From the NCBI GenBank assembly GCA_963675915.1, contig OY780959.1, positions 60,001 to 92,000 on the forward strand: a stretch of DNA of 32,000 nucleotides, in the 5' to 3' direction. Shown in pieces: positions 15,964-25,991 of this stretch (position 1 is the stretch's first letter; the number at the start of each line of letters is the position of its first letter). Position numbers and translations under genes: made by a program. Origin of the DNA: Coprobacillaceae bacterium. Its GTDB lineage: Bacteria > Bacillota_I > Bacilli_A > Erysipelotrichales > Coprobacillaceae. Under the pieces are notes generated by a model. The model did not search any database. It saw only the letters and a list, made by a program, of their open reading frames with translations, and was not told the DNA's origin.

Positions 15964-18142
15964 GTGCGACAGGCAGTCGCTTAGATGCCATGTATACAGG
16001 TACATGGCATTTTCCTTTTATAAATGAGTTCCTGTAATAGTTCGCTATCAATACAGTAAATATCATGGAATAGGGAAACCCTGTAGGTGTAAGTCCTATC
16101 CCGTGCGCACTGGTGCTATTCGGGAAATCTAGTCTAGGGCATAATCGGGAGATTGTGTTTGAAGGAGACGCAGTAGTCGAGAGACCTGTAGATGAGTTGG
16201 CAGGCCGAAACGAAAAGTGAATCACATGTTGCGGCAGTGGAGAATGTGACGACGTTGCGAAAGGTGCGGAAGTCTATTCACGACATATTCTAAGAACCAG
16301 TCGAATATGCCGGCACTCCATTGTGAAGGTGATTGGCATGTCAACAAGGGCGTAGTTGATGACCCTGTGAGACCTCTTCATCCACCGAAAGGATAATCAT
16401 CTATAAGAGTCATTCGAAGTGATGGTTATATGAAGAGGAGTCAGACAATCTCATAGTAGTGAAGTAGTCATGCGACCAAACGTTTGGCGAAGCGAAGGGG
16501 ATTGACCTTTTACAATTCTTACTTTGTTTAATCGTAATGGTAAGAATGACGGTACTTAGGTACAAACGAATTCAAAGAACGATAAATAGAAAGAGAGGTT
16601 TGAAATTATGAATGAACCGTTGAAATTGAAGTGGCATTCTCTGTATGGACAAATACTCCAGGACAGGAAAATACTAGAAGCATGGAAGCAGGTAAAAGCA
16701 AATCATGGAAGTGGAGGGATTGATGGGGTAACCATTGAACGCTTCATGGAAAATGAACAAGACAATCTGGACAAGCTACTGGAAGAACTGAGATTAAAGG
16801 AATATAGACCAACCCCTGTAAGGCGAGTATATATCCCTAAGAAAAACGGAAAGAGAAGACCATTGGGAATACCAATAGTCAAAGATCGGATAGTTCAGCA
16901 GGTGCTAACCAATATCCTAACCCCAAAATATGAGGCAGGAATATTCCATCACTGGTCAGTTGGCTACCGCCCGAATCGTGGTGTCGACAGTGCCATGCAG
17001 ATTATCATCAAGAACATCGAGGAAGGAAGAAACTGGATATACGATTGTGATATCAAAGGGTTCTTCGATAACATTCCCCATAAAAAGTTGATGAAGGTAT
17101 TGAATAAATGCATCGCTGATGGGACTGTTCTTGATTTGATTTGGTCATGGCTCAAAGCGGGATACATGGAAGACGGCAAACATATGCAAAGCAAAAGTGG
17201 AACACCGCAAGGTGGCGTTATTTCACCTCTACTTGCAAACATCTACCTGAACGAACTGGATTGGAAGTTGCACGAGGCAAAGATTCACTTCGTGCGTTAT
17301 GCCGATGATTTTCTCTTGTTTGCGAAAACAGAAGAAGAAATTGAGAGGGCAGGAAAGATAGCCAGAGAAGTGATTCAATCATTGGGATTGGAAATGGCTA
17401 TGGACAAAACCAAAGTGGTGGACTTTAAAAATGATAATTTTACATTTCTTGGATTTGACTTCAAACACTGGAGGAAAAACAAGAAAGGTGAAGACTACTA
17501 TTTCATAGTTCCCACCGCCAAGTCGCTCAAAGACTTCAAAAAGAAAATCAAGGATAAGACGCAAAGAAAGTGGACATTTTCTCAGGATAAATGGGTAAGC
17601 ATGCTTAACCCGATTATAGTTGGTAAAGTCAATTACTACCTGAACGTCTACAAAGCACTGGAAATATTCAAGAAGCACAATTACAAAACCCGGTGTAATA
17701 TCAAGATAATGGGATGGAAGCTCAATAAAATTGATCAGTATATCCGGCATAGATTGCGGATGTGCATGTTGCATAAACACCCGACAATCAGGAGGGCATC
17801 TGGAATGAATGTGAAATGGAATCTCAAATTCTTCGCACTGATAGGTTTGAAACCGGCAAATTGGTATTATTTCAATGTTATGTATGACTATCCGATTGAA
17901 ATTTATGTCCAAAATCAACAGAGCAAAAATAGAACTCGCGCAAAGAAAAATGCCGAACGCGACAGAAAATTGGGAACTAAAAGATACACAAAACAAAAAT
18001 TCACAAAAATAGCCTACTCTTTTAGCAAGTAGACTATAATCATTCATAAAATCAGATTTAGTAAATTGGTAAGCCGTATGCGTTAATAGCGCATGTGCGG
18101 TTTGATAAGGGGCTAGCTTAGAAATAAGTTAGCCTACTTTAT
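15964..18142 (+). mobile_element. Second, unrelated group II intron with an RT/maturase ORF (3' end approximate, +/-10 nt)
   Basis: The 5' end is GUGCGAC at 15964, with 644 nt of ribozyme before the ORF. Domain V is AAGCCGUAUGCG...CGCAUGUGCGGUUU (18071-18103) with an AGC triad. Domain VI is a hairpin with a bulged A (18136), and the 3' end is about CUUUAU. Confidence 0.8.
16608..18032 (+). CDS. Group II intron reverse transcriptase/maturase (no En domain)
   Basis: RT motifs present are GIDGV, YRPNRG, DCDIKGFFDNIPH, TPQGGVISPLLANIYLNELD and RYADDFLLF. The X domain is GKVNYYLNVY and the C-terminal tail is basic. Confidence 0.9.
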   Translation: MNEPLKLKWHSLYGQILQDRKILEAWKQVKANHGSGGIDGVTIERFMENEQDNLDKLLEELRLKEYRPTPVRRVYIPKKNGKRRPLGIPIVKDRIVQQVLTNILTPKYEAGIFHHWSVGYRPNRGVDSAMQIIIKNIEEGRNWIYDCDIKGFFDNIPHKKLMKVLNKCIADGTVLDLIWSWLKAGYMEDGKHMQSKSGTPQGGVISPLLANIYLNELDWKLHEAKIHFVRYADDFLLFAKTEEEIERAGKIAREVIQSLGLEMAMDKTKVVDFKNDNFTFLGFDFKHWRKNKKGEDYYFIVPTAKSLKDFKKKIKDKTQRKWTFSQDKWVSMLNPIIVGKVNYYLNVYKALEIFKKHNYKTRCNIKIMGWKLNKIDQYIRHRLRMCMLHKHPTIRRASGMNVKWNLKFFALIGLKPANWYYFNVMYDYPIEIYVQNQQSKNRTRAKKNAERDRKLGTKRYTKQKFTKIAYSFSK

Positions 18143-18260
18143 TTGATTTATAGTCCAAATTATAACTATTTAAGCTTTTTTGTTTGATTCTATGCGTTTT
18201 TTGATGTCAAGGTATTACAAATAAGCTATAATAATAAAAACGCTAGAGGAGGTAAAAATC

Positions 18261-18815
18261 ATGGTAATGGATGTCTTGGTGCTGCTTACTTTCGGGATTA
18301 TTTTCATCCTTCGGCTTTCGATCCCGGATCTGATTTTAAGAAGAATCGAAACCAAAATCGACAAGTATGATCCTGATCCTGGCATGATGGAATATTCCAT
18401 CTATCATGTCAACTACTTCAAATATATTTTGAAGCTGGTCTTGGAATTCTTCTTGATTGCCGTGGCTTTGATGGTGATATTTTTCACTCTTAACCTTTTA
18501 CTGAAATTCTTCATGGTTTTGGCAATAGCTTTTTTGATGATGTTTGTGATATTGACTTTACGGGTTACCAATAAGAAAATTGTGATCGAGAATTCGATTC
18601 TCAAGGTTTATAAGGGCAAAAAGGTTGAAAGGCGTTTTAACTTGGAGGAAGTTGCCCTGGTGGGCTTGCGAAAGTTGTTTTTGGGCAATTACCTGTTTTG
18701 TTATTACCTTGAATTTGAAGATGGCAGCAATTTCAATATCAATCCCAATTACCAAAACTGGCATCGGATTGTCAAGCTTGCCAAGAATATCATCAGTTAC
18801 AACAGCGGTATTTGA
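18261..18815 (+). CDS. Hypothetical membrane protein (about 3 TM helices plus a soluble C-terminal domain)
   Basis: A strong SD (AGAGGAGGT) precedes the start, and hydrophobic segments are evident in the translation. Confidence 0.6.
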   Translation: MVMDVLVLLTFGIIFILRLSIPDLILRRIETKIDKYDPDPGMMEYSIYHVNYFKYILKLVLEFFLIAVALMVIFFTLNLLLKFFMVLAIAFLMMFVILTLRVTNKKIVIENSILKVYKGKKVERRFNLEEVALVGLRKLFLGNYLFCYYLEFEDGSNFNINPNYQNWHRIVKLAKNIISYNSGI

Positions 18816-18874
18816 TTTAAAATTTAATATAAGTGTAGTATAATTGAACTTGTAAAATATGATGAGGTGATACA

Positions 18875-20062
18875 ATGAAAAAAACGGTTTTGCTTGGAAT
18901 TACTGGAAGCATCGCAGCCTACAAGATGGCTGATGTTGCCAGCAACCTTACTAAAAACGGAGTGGATGTCTATGTCATCATGACTGAAAATGCAGCTAAG
19001 TTTATCAGTCCGATTGTCTTTTCAACTCTCACAGGAAACAAATGTTATGTGGACACATTTGATGATGAAGGTGAAATCAATGTGCCCCATGTCAATCTGG
19101 CCAAAAACGCAGATTTGCTGATGGTGGCACCGGCTTCAGCCAATATGATTGGCAAAATAGCCAACGGAATTGGCGATGATATGCTTTCAACGACCATCAT
19201 AGCTTATCATGGTCCAAAAATGATTTCGCCGGCGATGAACACCAATATGTACAATAACCACATTGTTCAGGATAATTTGGGGAAACTGGCCAACTATGGC
19301 TGGGAAATAATTGAACCAGGCAGCGGAGTTTTGGCCTGCAAGGATGCCGGAAAAGGCAAGCTTCCCAAGGTTGAAGTCCTGCTTGAACATATCTACCGGG
19401 AGATCAAACTGGAAAAAGACCTTGAGGGTAAGAAAGTGTTGATTACGGCCGGTCCGACTCAAGAACCGCTTGACCCAGTCAGGTTCATTTCCAATCATTC
19501 AAGTGGCAAGATGGGATATGCCTTGGCCAAAAATGCCATGCAAAGAGGCGCTGAGGTCGTTTTGGTGAGCGCTAATGTTACGTTGGAAGACGTTCCTTTC
19601 GTGGAAACAATCAAGGTTAAAACCGCCTTTGAAATGGCAGAAGCCGTGAAGCATAATTATGGTGAAAGTGACATCGTGGTAATGGCGGCAGCAGTCGGTG
19701 ATTACCGCCCTAAAAAGTATTCTAAGCATAAAATCAAGAAGGAAAAAAGCGCCGAGGATATGCTTGAACTCGAAAGAACCGAGGATATTTTGAATTATCT
19801 GGGCCATAATAAAAAAGAAGGACAATTTGTCTGTGGTTTTTCAATGGAAACAATCGACCTGATTGCCAACAGCACCAGAAAACTGGAAAAGAAGAATGTC
19901 GACATGATTGTCGCAAACAATCTTTTCGTACCCGGAGCGGGTTTCCAGGGCGATACCAATGTGGTCACACTGATCACCAAAAATGAGCAGATTGAACTTG
20001 ATATGGATACCAAAGACAATATTGCCGGGGCGATTTTTGATTTCATCGTTGAAAAAAGGTAA
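18875..20062 (+). CDS. coaBC: Bifunctional phosphopantothenoylcysteine decarboxylase / phosphopantothenate-cysteine ligase
   Basis: The N-terminal flavoprotein domain shows GITGSIAAYK and PASANMIGKIANGIGDDMLS. The CoaB half shows ITAGPTQEPLDPVRFISNHSSGKMG. Confidence 0.9.
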   Translation: MKKTVLLGITGSIAAYKMADVASNLTKNGVDVYVIMTENAAKFISPIVFSTLTGNKCYVDTFDDEGEINVPHVNLAKNADLLMVAPASANMIGKIANGIGDDMLSTTIIAYHGPKMISPAMNTNMYNNHIVQDNLGKLANYGWEIIEPGSGVLACKDAGKGKLPKVEVLLEHIYREIKLEKDLEGKKVLITAGPTQEPLDPVRFISNHSSGKMGYALAKNAMQRGAEVVLVSANVTLEDVPFVETIKVKTAFEMAEAVKHNYGESDIVVMAAAVGDYRPKKYSKHKIKKEKSAEDMLELERTEDILNYLGHNKKEGQFVCGFSMETIDLIANSTRKLEKKNVDMIVANNLFVPGAGFQGDTNVVTLITKNEQIELDMDTKDNIAGAIFDFIVEKR

Positions 20063-20330
20063 CACTATTTATAAGTAAATCGATTACTTATCGGGAGGGC
20101 TTTAATTGAGTTCTCCTTTTTTAATTTTCAGCAAACATTTCTATTGATAAAAAAAAGTCGTTATGATAATATATCATTATTGTTAATAAGGTTACTCAGG
20201 GCTGTTATTTGGGAGATATTATCATGGTTTTTGTGATGGTGTATCTGATATTCAACTGTTCAAGAAGGGGATTTTATTGGCGGATTATTGATTATGAAAC
20301 AAGTATTAGTACAAAAACAGGAGGGAAATT

Positions 20331-21956
20331 ATGAAGAAAGTTTTAAGTACAGTTCTTGCAGCGGCGATGACAGTCGGTCTGGCTGGCTGTGGAAGTTCAT
20401 CGTCTTCATCGGATGAAAAAGTTTTCACGATGGCATCAGAGCTTGATATCGCTGGTTTGGATTCGTCAGTTGTGACTGACGGAACCTCATTTACCGCTAT
20501 CGGTTTGATGGTTGAAGGTTTAATGGGAGTAAACGAAGATGGGGAAATCGTTCCGGCTGCGGCTGACAGTGTCAGTACCAGTGATGACGGATTGGTTTAC
20601 ACTTACCATTTAAGAGAGGCTTCTTGGTCAAATGGGACACCGGTTACCGCTGATGATTTTGTCTATGGGTGGCAACGAATTATCGCTAATTCAGGCGACT
20701 ATGCTTATTTGTATGGAAGTGATGGAGCGGCTATTTTAAATGCTGATGCTCTGATGGGAAAACAAGCAGATGGTGAAACCCTGACTCAAGCTGATCTGGA
20801 TACTTTGGGAATCAAAGCGATTGATGATCAGACAGTTGAGATCACACTGGAAAAAACTTGTTCATTCTTTGATCAGTTGATGTCATTCTATGTATTCTAT
20901 CCAATTAACCGTGCTTATGCTGAGGAAGTTGGAGACCAATATGCGAAAACCGCAGATACCATGATTTCAAATGGGGCATTCACAATCGATTCATGGGACT
21001 TGGGTTCAAAAGCAGTATTCGAAAAAAATGAAGAATACTGGAACGCTGATGCTGTAAATCTTGACGAATTCGTAATGACATTGGTTCAAGATCCTCAAAC
21101 TTCAGCAACAAACTTCGATAGTGGTTATAATGACTGGGCGACTATCAACTCTTCTTTGGTTGACAAATACCGTGATACTCCGGAATTCAATGCTTACTCT
21201 TCAGGATTCCTGTTCTATCTTTCATTGAACTTTGAAGATCAAAACATTCAAAATTACAACATCAGAAAAGCATTGTCATTGGCAATCGACCGTACTGACT
21301 TTGCAGAGAACATTCTTAATGACGGTTCTACTGAAGCGGATGGTTTCATCCCGACAACACTTTGTGCCGATCCTGATGGGGTTGATTTCCGTGAACGTGC
21401 CGAAGACTTCACTACATATGATATGACAGCAGCTCAAGAAGCATTGGATGCGGGTCTGGCTGAACTAGGTGTCGAAGAAATCACATTGACACTGTTATAC
21501 GGTACCGATGAATCACCAATGGAACAAGAAGCTACTTACTTACAAAACGCATTCACTCAATTGGATGGACTGAACATTGAAATGGTTGCAACAACTAAAA
21601 AAGACCGTTTGAACAATAAAATGCCAAATGGTGAATATTCAGTTGCCTTGACTCGTTGGGGTCCTGACTATGCTGATGCTACTACTTACCTGAATTTGTT
21701 GATTTCAACTAATACAGCAAGATCCGGTCACTATGCAAATGCTGAATATGATGCAATGATGGAATCAGTTCAAACTGAATCGGATGTTGCAACAAGATTC
21801 GATGAAATGGTTGCAGCAGAAAAAATCGCAATGGATGACATCGCTGTAATTCCAGTATTCGAAAAAGGTTCTGCATTATTGATTAGAGAAACTGTTTCAA
21901 ACTATGTATATCGTTCTGTAGGTGGATTCACTTACACTTATATTGATATCGAATAG
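20331..21956 (+). CDS. oppA: ABC peptide/oligopeptide-binding lipoprotein (SBP family 5)
   Basis: It has a signal peptide with lipobox LAGC followed by a Ser-rich linker. The length of 541 aa and the position upstream of oppBCDF fit OppA. Confidence 0.85.
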   Translation: MKKVLSTVLAAAMTVGLAGCGSSSSSSDEKVFTMASELDIAGLDSSVVTDGTSFTAIGLMVEGLMGVNEDGEIVPAAADSVSTSDDGLVYTYHLREASWSNGTPVTADDFVYGWQRIIANSGDYAYLYGSDGAAILNADALMGKQADGETLTQADLDTLGIKAIDDQTVEITLEKTCSFFDQLMSFYVFYPINRAYAEEVGDQYAKTADTMISNGAFTIDSWDLGSKAVFEKNEEYWNADAVNLDEFVMTLVQDPQTSATNFDSGYNDWATINSSLVDKYRDTPEFNAYSSGFLFYLSLNFEDQNIQNYNIRKALSLAIDRTDFAENILNDGSTEADGFIPTTLCADPDGVDFRERAEDFTTYDMTAAQEALDAGLAELGVEEITLTLLYGTDESPMEQEATYLQNAFTQLDGLNIEMVATTKKDRLNNKMPNGEYSVALTRWGPDYADATTYLNLLISTNTARSGHYANAEYDAMMESVQTESDVATRFDEMVAAEKIAMDDIAVIPVFEKGSALLIRETVSNYVYRSVGGFTYTYIDIE

Positions 21957-21963
21957 AATGGAG

Positions 21964-22001
21964 AATAAGTAGGTACGTTAATTTTAATGTACCTACTTAT
22001 T
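21964..22001 (+). terminator. Intercistronic hairpin between oppA and oppB (probable partial terminator or attenuator)
   Basis: A 13-bp stem AATAAGTAGGTAC/GTACCTACTTATT is followed by a weak T/A tract. Confidence 0.5.
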
Positions 22002-22059
22002 TATATTCAGACTCCTTTAACCACTTGAAGTAATCTGAATATAAGGAGAGGATAAATTA

Positions 22060-23004
22060 ATGAACAATTCAATGATTCGTTATATATTAAAAAGAATTCT
22101 GATTTCCCTGGCAACTTTGTTCATAATCCTGGCAGTTTTATTTTTGATGATCAAGCTGTTACCGGGTACCCCGTTCAATGATGAAAAACTATCAGAAGGA
22201 CAAAAAGCCGTAATCATGGCCAAATATGGTCTTGACCGGCCAATCTATATTCAATTTGTCAGCTATCTAAAAAATATGGTGACTGGCGATTTTGGGATTT
22301 CTTATGCGCTTTATAAAGATCTTGAAGTCAGCACTTTAGTTTCTTCAGCGGCGAAAATTTCATTCTCATTGGGGATTTTTGCAGTTATTCTCGGAACAAT
22401 CATCGGGATGGTTCTGGGAGTTGTCGCTGCCTTGAACCGCAATAAATTCTGGGATACTTTTGCAACCATCATTTCCGTTATCGGAGTATCGGTGCCTTCA
22501 TTTGTGTTTGCGCTGTTGCTGCTGATTGTTTTGGGAGTGCAGTTCCGCTGGCTTCCAACCATTTACAATTCCGATCATGCTTTTGAAACCAGCATCATTC
22601 CTGTCTTGGCCCTGTCGGTATCAGTAGTGGCCAATGTGGCAAGGTTTACCCGGACTGAGATGATTTCGGTGCTGACCAGCGATTATATCCAGTTGGCCAA
22701 AGCCAAAGGGATTTCTGCAACCAAGATTATCACCCGGCACTCGCTGCGTAATGCGCTGATTCCGGTAGTTACAATCTTGGGTCCGATTTTGGTCAATCTG
22801 ATGACCGGAACAATGGTTGTTGAACAAATCAGTGGAGTTCCGGGCCTTGGTAAGTTGCTGATCAACAGCATTCGTGCCAACGACTACAATATTATTTTAG
22901 CTTGTGCATTCTTGTATTCGGCCATGTATATCATCATGATGCTGATTATCGATGTTTCATATGGAATCATTGATCCAAGAATCCGCTTGGGAAAGGATGA
23001 CTGA
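22060..23004 (+). CDS. oppB: Oligopeptide ABC transporter permease
   Basis: It shows the BPD-transporter topology with an EAA-like loop (LAKAKGIS...HSLRNALIP). Confidence 0.88.
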   Translation: MNNSMIRYILKRILISLATLFIILAVLFLMIKLLPGTPFNDEKLSEGQKAVIMAKYGLDRPIYIQFVSYLKNMVTGDFGISYALYKDLEVSTLVSSAAKISFSLGIFAVILGTIIGMVLGVVAALNRNKFWDTFATIISVIGVSVPSFVFALLLLIVLGVQFRWLPTIYNSDHAFETSIIPVLALSVSVVANVARFTRTEMISVLTSDYIQLAKAKGISATKIITRHSLRNALIPVVTILGPILVNLMTGTMVVEQISGVPGLGKLLINSIRANDYNIILACAFLYSAMYIIMMLIIDVSYGIIDPRIRLGKDD

Positions 23005-23005
23005 T

Positions 23006-23932
23006 ATGGAACAATTTGAATTTTTGGAAGATGATTTTGAATTTGTCGGCGACAAGGTTGATATCTCAATCGATGAGGTATTGCCGTCACGTCCGGCCTG
23101 GAAGGATATCATCAGCCGTTTTACCAAAAACAAAGGAGCGGTTCTGGGATTGTTCTTTATTTTGCTTACAATAATACTTGCGATTTTCGTACCGATTTTC
23201 TCGAGTTTCGAATATGATACAATTGATACATCAATTGCCAATATCCAGCCAAATCTGGTTCACCTTTTCGGAACTGATTCATATGGACGGGATCTGTTTG
23301 TCCGGACCTGGCAGGGAACAAGAATTTCATTGTTCGTCGCTGTCTGTGCGGTTTTGATTGATGTTTTCATTGGGATGATCTATGGGTTGATTTCAGGTTA
23401 CTTCGGGGGAATGATCGATGCAGTTATGCAACGTTTCCAGGAAATAATGAACTCGATTCCGACCCTGGTTATTCTGACTCTCTTACTGACAATAATGAAG
23501 TCTTCACTTTTCACCGTAATTATCGCCCTGATGTTCACTGCCTGGATTGCGATGAGCCGGATTACCCGGGCTCAAGTGCTCAAGGTCAAAGAAGATGAAT
23601 ACGTCTTGGCATCAAAGACTTTGGGAGCCGGGCACTTCTTTATCATTTTCAAGGAAATTTTGCCTAATATCTATTCGCAGCTGATCATCATGTCGATGAT
23701 GACAGTCCCAAATGCGATATTCTATGAAGCTTATCTGGCCTTTATCGGGCTGGGACTGGCAGTTCCGGAAGCTTCACTGGGTACTTTGATCAATGAAGGA
23801 TTCAACTCGTTTTTGGTATATCCTTATATGATGATAATCCCGGCGGTTATCTTGGCGATATTGATGTTAAGTTTCAACTTGTTCGGTGATGGGCTCCGTG
23901 ATGCCTTCGACCCGACAATGAAGGAGATGTAG
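23006..23932 (+). CDS. oppC: Oligopeptide ABC transporter permease
   Basis: I place the start at ATG 23006 (AAAGGA SD, 8 nt spacing), directly after the oppB stop; the track start at 22952 overlaps oppB. An EAA loop is present (ASKTLGAGHFFIIFKEILPN). Confidence 0.85.
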   Translation: MEQFEFLEDDFEFVGDKVDISIDEVLPSRPAWKDIISRFTKNKGAVLGLFFILLTIILAIFVPIFSSFEYDTIDTSIANIQPNLVHLFGTDSYGRDLFVRTWQGTRISLFVAVCAVLIDVFIGMIYGLISGYFGGMIDAVMQRFQEIMNSIPTLVILTLLLTIMKSSLFTVIIALMFTAWIAMSRITRAQVLKVKEDEYVLASKTLGAGHFFIIFKEILPNIYSQLIIMSMMTVPNAIFYEAYLAFIGLGLAVPEASLGTLINEGFNSFLVYPYMMIIPAVILAILMLSFNLFGDGLRDAFDPTMKEM

Positions 23933-23935
23933 GAT

Positions 23936-25018
23936 ATGGAAAAAAGAGAAAAAATATTATCAATCAGTGATCTGCAGATCTCCTTCAAGACCGACAGCGG
24001 TAAAATCAAAGCAATTCGTTCGGTTGATTTCGACCTGTACAAGGGCGAAACCGTGGCTATCGTAGGAGAGTCCGGTTCAGGGAAATCAGTTACAACCAAA
24101 ACCATCATGGGGCTGTTGGCTTCCAATGGAACAATCGATTCGGGAAGTATTTATTACAGCTGGAATGATGAAAACACCGGAGTGAAACAGGAAGTGGACA
24201 TCGTTGAAATGTCTGAAAAGGAACTCCAAAAGGAAATCAGGGGGCGCAAGATTGCCATGGTTTTCCAGGATCCGATGACTTCGCTGAATCCGACTATGAC
24301 AATCGGGAAACAAATCATGGAACCGATGATCCACCATTATGCCTATTCCAAGAATGATGCTTATGACAAAGCAGTCGAATTGCTGGAACTGGTGGGAATC
24401 ACCGATGCAATGAAGCGGATGAAAAATTATCCCCATCAACTTTCTGGGGGGATGCGTCAGAGAATCGTCATTGCGATTGCCTTGAGCTGTGATCCTTATG
24501 TTCTTATCTGCGATGAGCCGACAACGGCACTCGATGTAACCATCCAGGCCAAAATCCTCGATCTGATTAAGGATATCCAACGGAAAAAAGACTTGTCAGT
24601 CATTTACATTACCCACGATTTGGGGGTAGTTGCAAAAGTGGCTGATTATATCAATGTCATGTATGCCGGTAAGATTGTGGAAAAGGGTACCGCCGAGGAA
24701 ATCTTCTATGATCCCCGTCATCCTTATACCTGGGGTCTGCTTTCTTCAATGCCGGATATGGAAATTGAAAGTGATGAACTTTACACGATTCCCGGTTCAC
24801 CGCCAAATATGGCCAAGGAAATCGTTGGTGATGCTTTCGCCCGCCGTAATGCTTATGCCTTGAATATCGATTATCGGCTGGAACCGCCGATGTTTGATGT
24901 TCCCGGATCATCCACTCATAAAGTTGCATCTTGGCTGATGCATGAAAAGGCGCCAAAAGTGGAAATGCCTGATTCATTGAAGCGAAGAATTGAATTCATG
25001 AAAAGAGGTGCGAAATAA
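23936..25018 (+). CDS. oppD: Oligopeptide ABC transporter ATP-binding protein
   Basis: Walker A is GESGSGKS, the signature is LSGGMRQR and Walker B is LICDEPTTALD. An oligopeptide C-terminal extension is present. Confidence 0.9.
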   Translation: MEKREKILSISDLQISFKTDSGKIKAIRSVDFDLYKGETVAIVGESGSGKSVTTKTIMGLLASNGTIDSGSIYYSWNDENTGVKQEVDIVEMSEKELQKEIRGRKIAMVFQDPMTSLNPTMTIGKQIMEPMIHHYAYSKNDAYDKAVELLELVGITDAMKRMKNYPHQLSGGMRQRIVIAIALSCDPYVLICDEPTTALDVTIQAKILDLIKDIQRKKDLSVIYITHDLGVVAKVADYINVMYAGKIVEKGTAEEIFYDPRHPYTWGLLSSMPDMEIESDELYTIPGSPPNMAKEIVGDAFARRNAYALNIDYRLEPPMFDVPGSSTHKVASWLMHEKAPKVEMPDSLKRRIEFMKRGAK

Positions 25019-25941
25019 TGAGTGAACCAATTTTACAAGTTCGGAATCTGAAACAGCATTTCAAGATTTCTCGAAAACATACTGTCAAAGCGGTCGATGG
25101 TATTTCATTTGACATTTACCCGGGGAAGACATACGGGCTGGTAGGTGAATCGGGGTCGGGAAAATCGACAACCGGGAGAGCCGTAATCAGACTGTACAAT
25201 CCGACTTCAGGTCAGATTATATTCAACGGGAAGGATATTTCCGGTAATTTGGACAAGGAAACCGAATCGATGCTTCGCAACAAGATGCAGATGATTTTCC
25301 AGGATCCGATGGCTTGTCTCAATCCAAGGAAAAAGGTTATCGACATCATTGGAGAAGGTCTTGATATCCATAAAAAATATCAAACCACCCAGGAAAGAAA
25401 TGAAAAAGTTTATCGCATTTTGGAATTGGTGGGCTTGTCACGCGAACATGCAACCCGTTTTCCTCATCAGTTTTCCGGAGGACAGCGGCAAAGAATCGGG
25501 ATAGCCCGGGCCTTGATCATGGATCCGGAACTGATTATCGCTGATGAGGCGATTTCAGCTTTGGACGTCTCAATTCAGGCTCAAGTGGTCAATTTGATGA
25601 AGAAGATACAAAAAGAGACCAATATCGCCTATCTGTTTATCGCCCATGACTTGAGCATGGTCAAATATATTTCCGACCATATTGGAGTTCTCCATCTTGG
25701 TCATTTGGTGGAATCGGGTACGACCGAGGAGATTTTCTCCAATCCGGTTCATCCCTATACCAAGTCATTGCTTTCGGCAATTCCAGTACCTGATCCGGTA
25801 ATTGAAAGAAACCGAACTTTGATCGAGTATGATTATGCCACTTCAGGATTGAACTATGAAGCGGGCGAACTGATTAATGTGGGGGGATCCCATCTTGTAT
25901 TGGGGAATGAAGCCTTGATTGAAAAATGGCAAAGTGAATAA
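25018..25941 (+). CDS. oppF: Oligopeptide ABC transporter ATP-binding protein
   Basis: Walker A is GESGSGKST, the signature is FSGGQRQR and Walker B is IIADEAISALD. The start overlaps the oppD stop as TAATG. Confidence 0.9.
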   Translation: MSEPILQVRNLKQHFKISRKHTVKAVDGISFDIYPGKTYGLVGESGSGKSTTGRAVIRLYNPTSGQIIFNGKDISGNLDKETESMLRNKMQMIFQDPMACLNPRKKVIDIIGEGLDIHKKYQTTQERNEKVYRILELVGLSREHATRFPHQFSGGQRQRIGIARALIMDPELIIADEAISALDVSIQAQVVNLMKKIQKETNIAYLFIAHDLSMVKYISDHIGVLHLGHLVESGTTEEIFSNPVHPYTKSLLSAIPVPDPVIERNRTLIEYDYATSGLNYEAGELINVGGSHLVLGNEALIEKWQSE

Positions 25942-25942
25942 T

Positions 25943-25982
25943 AAAAAAAATCCTAAAGTCTCATGATGACTTTAGGATTTTT
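25943..25982. terminator. Bidirectional intrinsic terminator between opp and the NifX/MinD operon
   Basis: AATCCTAAAGTC-TCATGAT-GACTTTAGGATT is flanked by A8 upstream and T5 downstream. Confidence 0.8.
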
Positions 25983-25991
25983 GGTTTTACA

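Noticed and set aside
13595-18032. Considered whether the two reverse transcriptases belong to retrons, DGRs, Abi-type or other defence-associated RT systems.
   Set aside because: Both have the maturase X domain and are embedded in RNAs with GUGYG-type 5' ends and clear domains V and VI. They are canonical group II intron IEPs.
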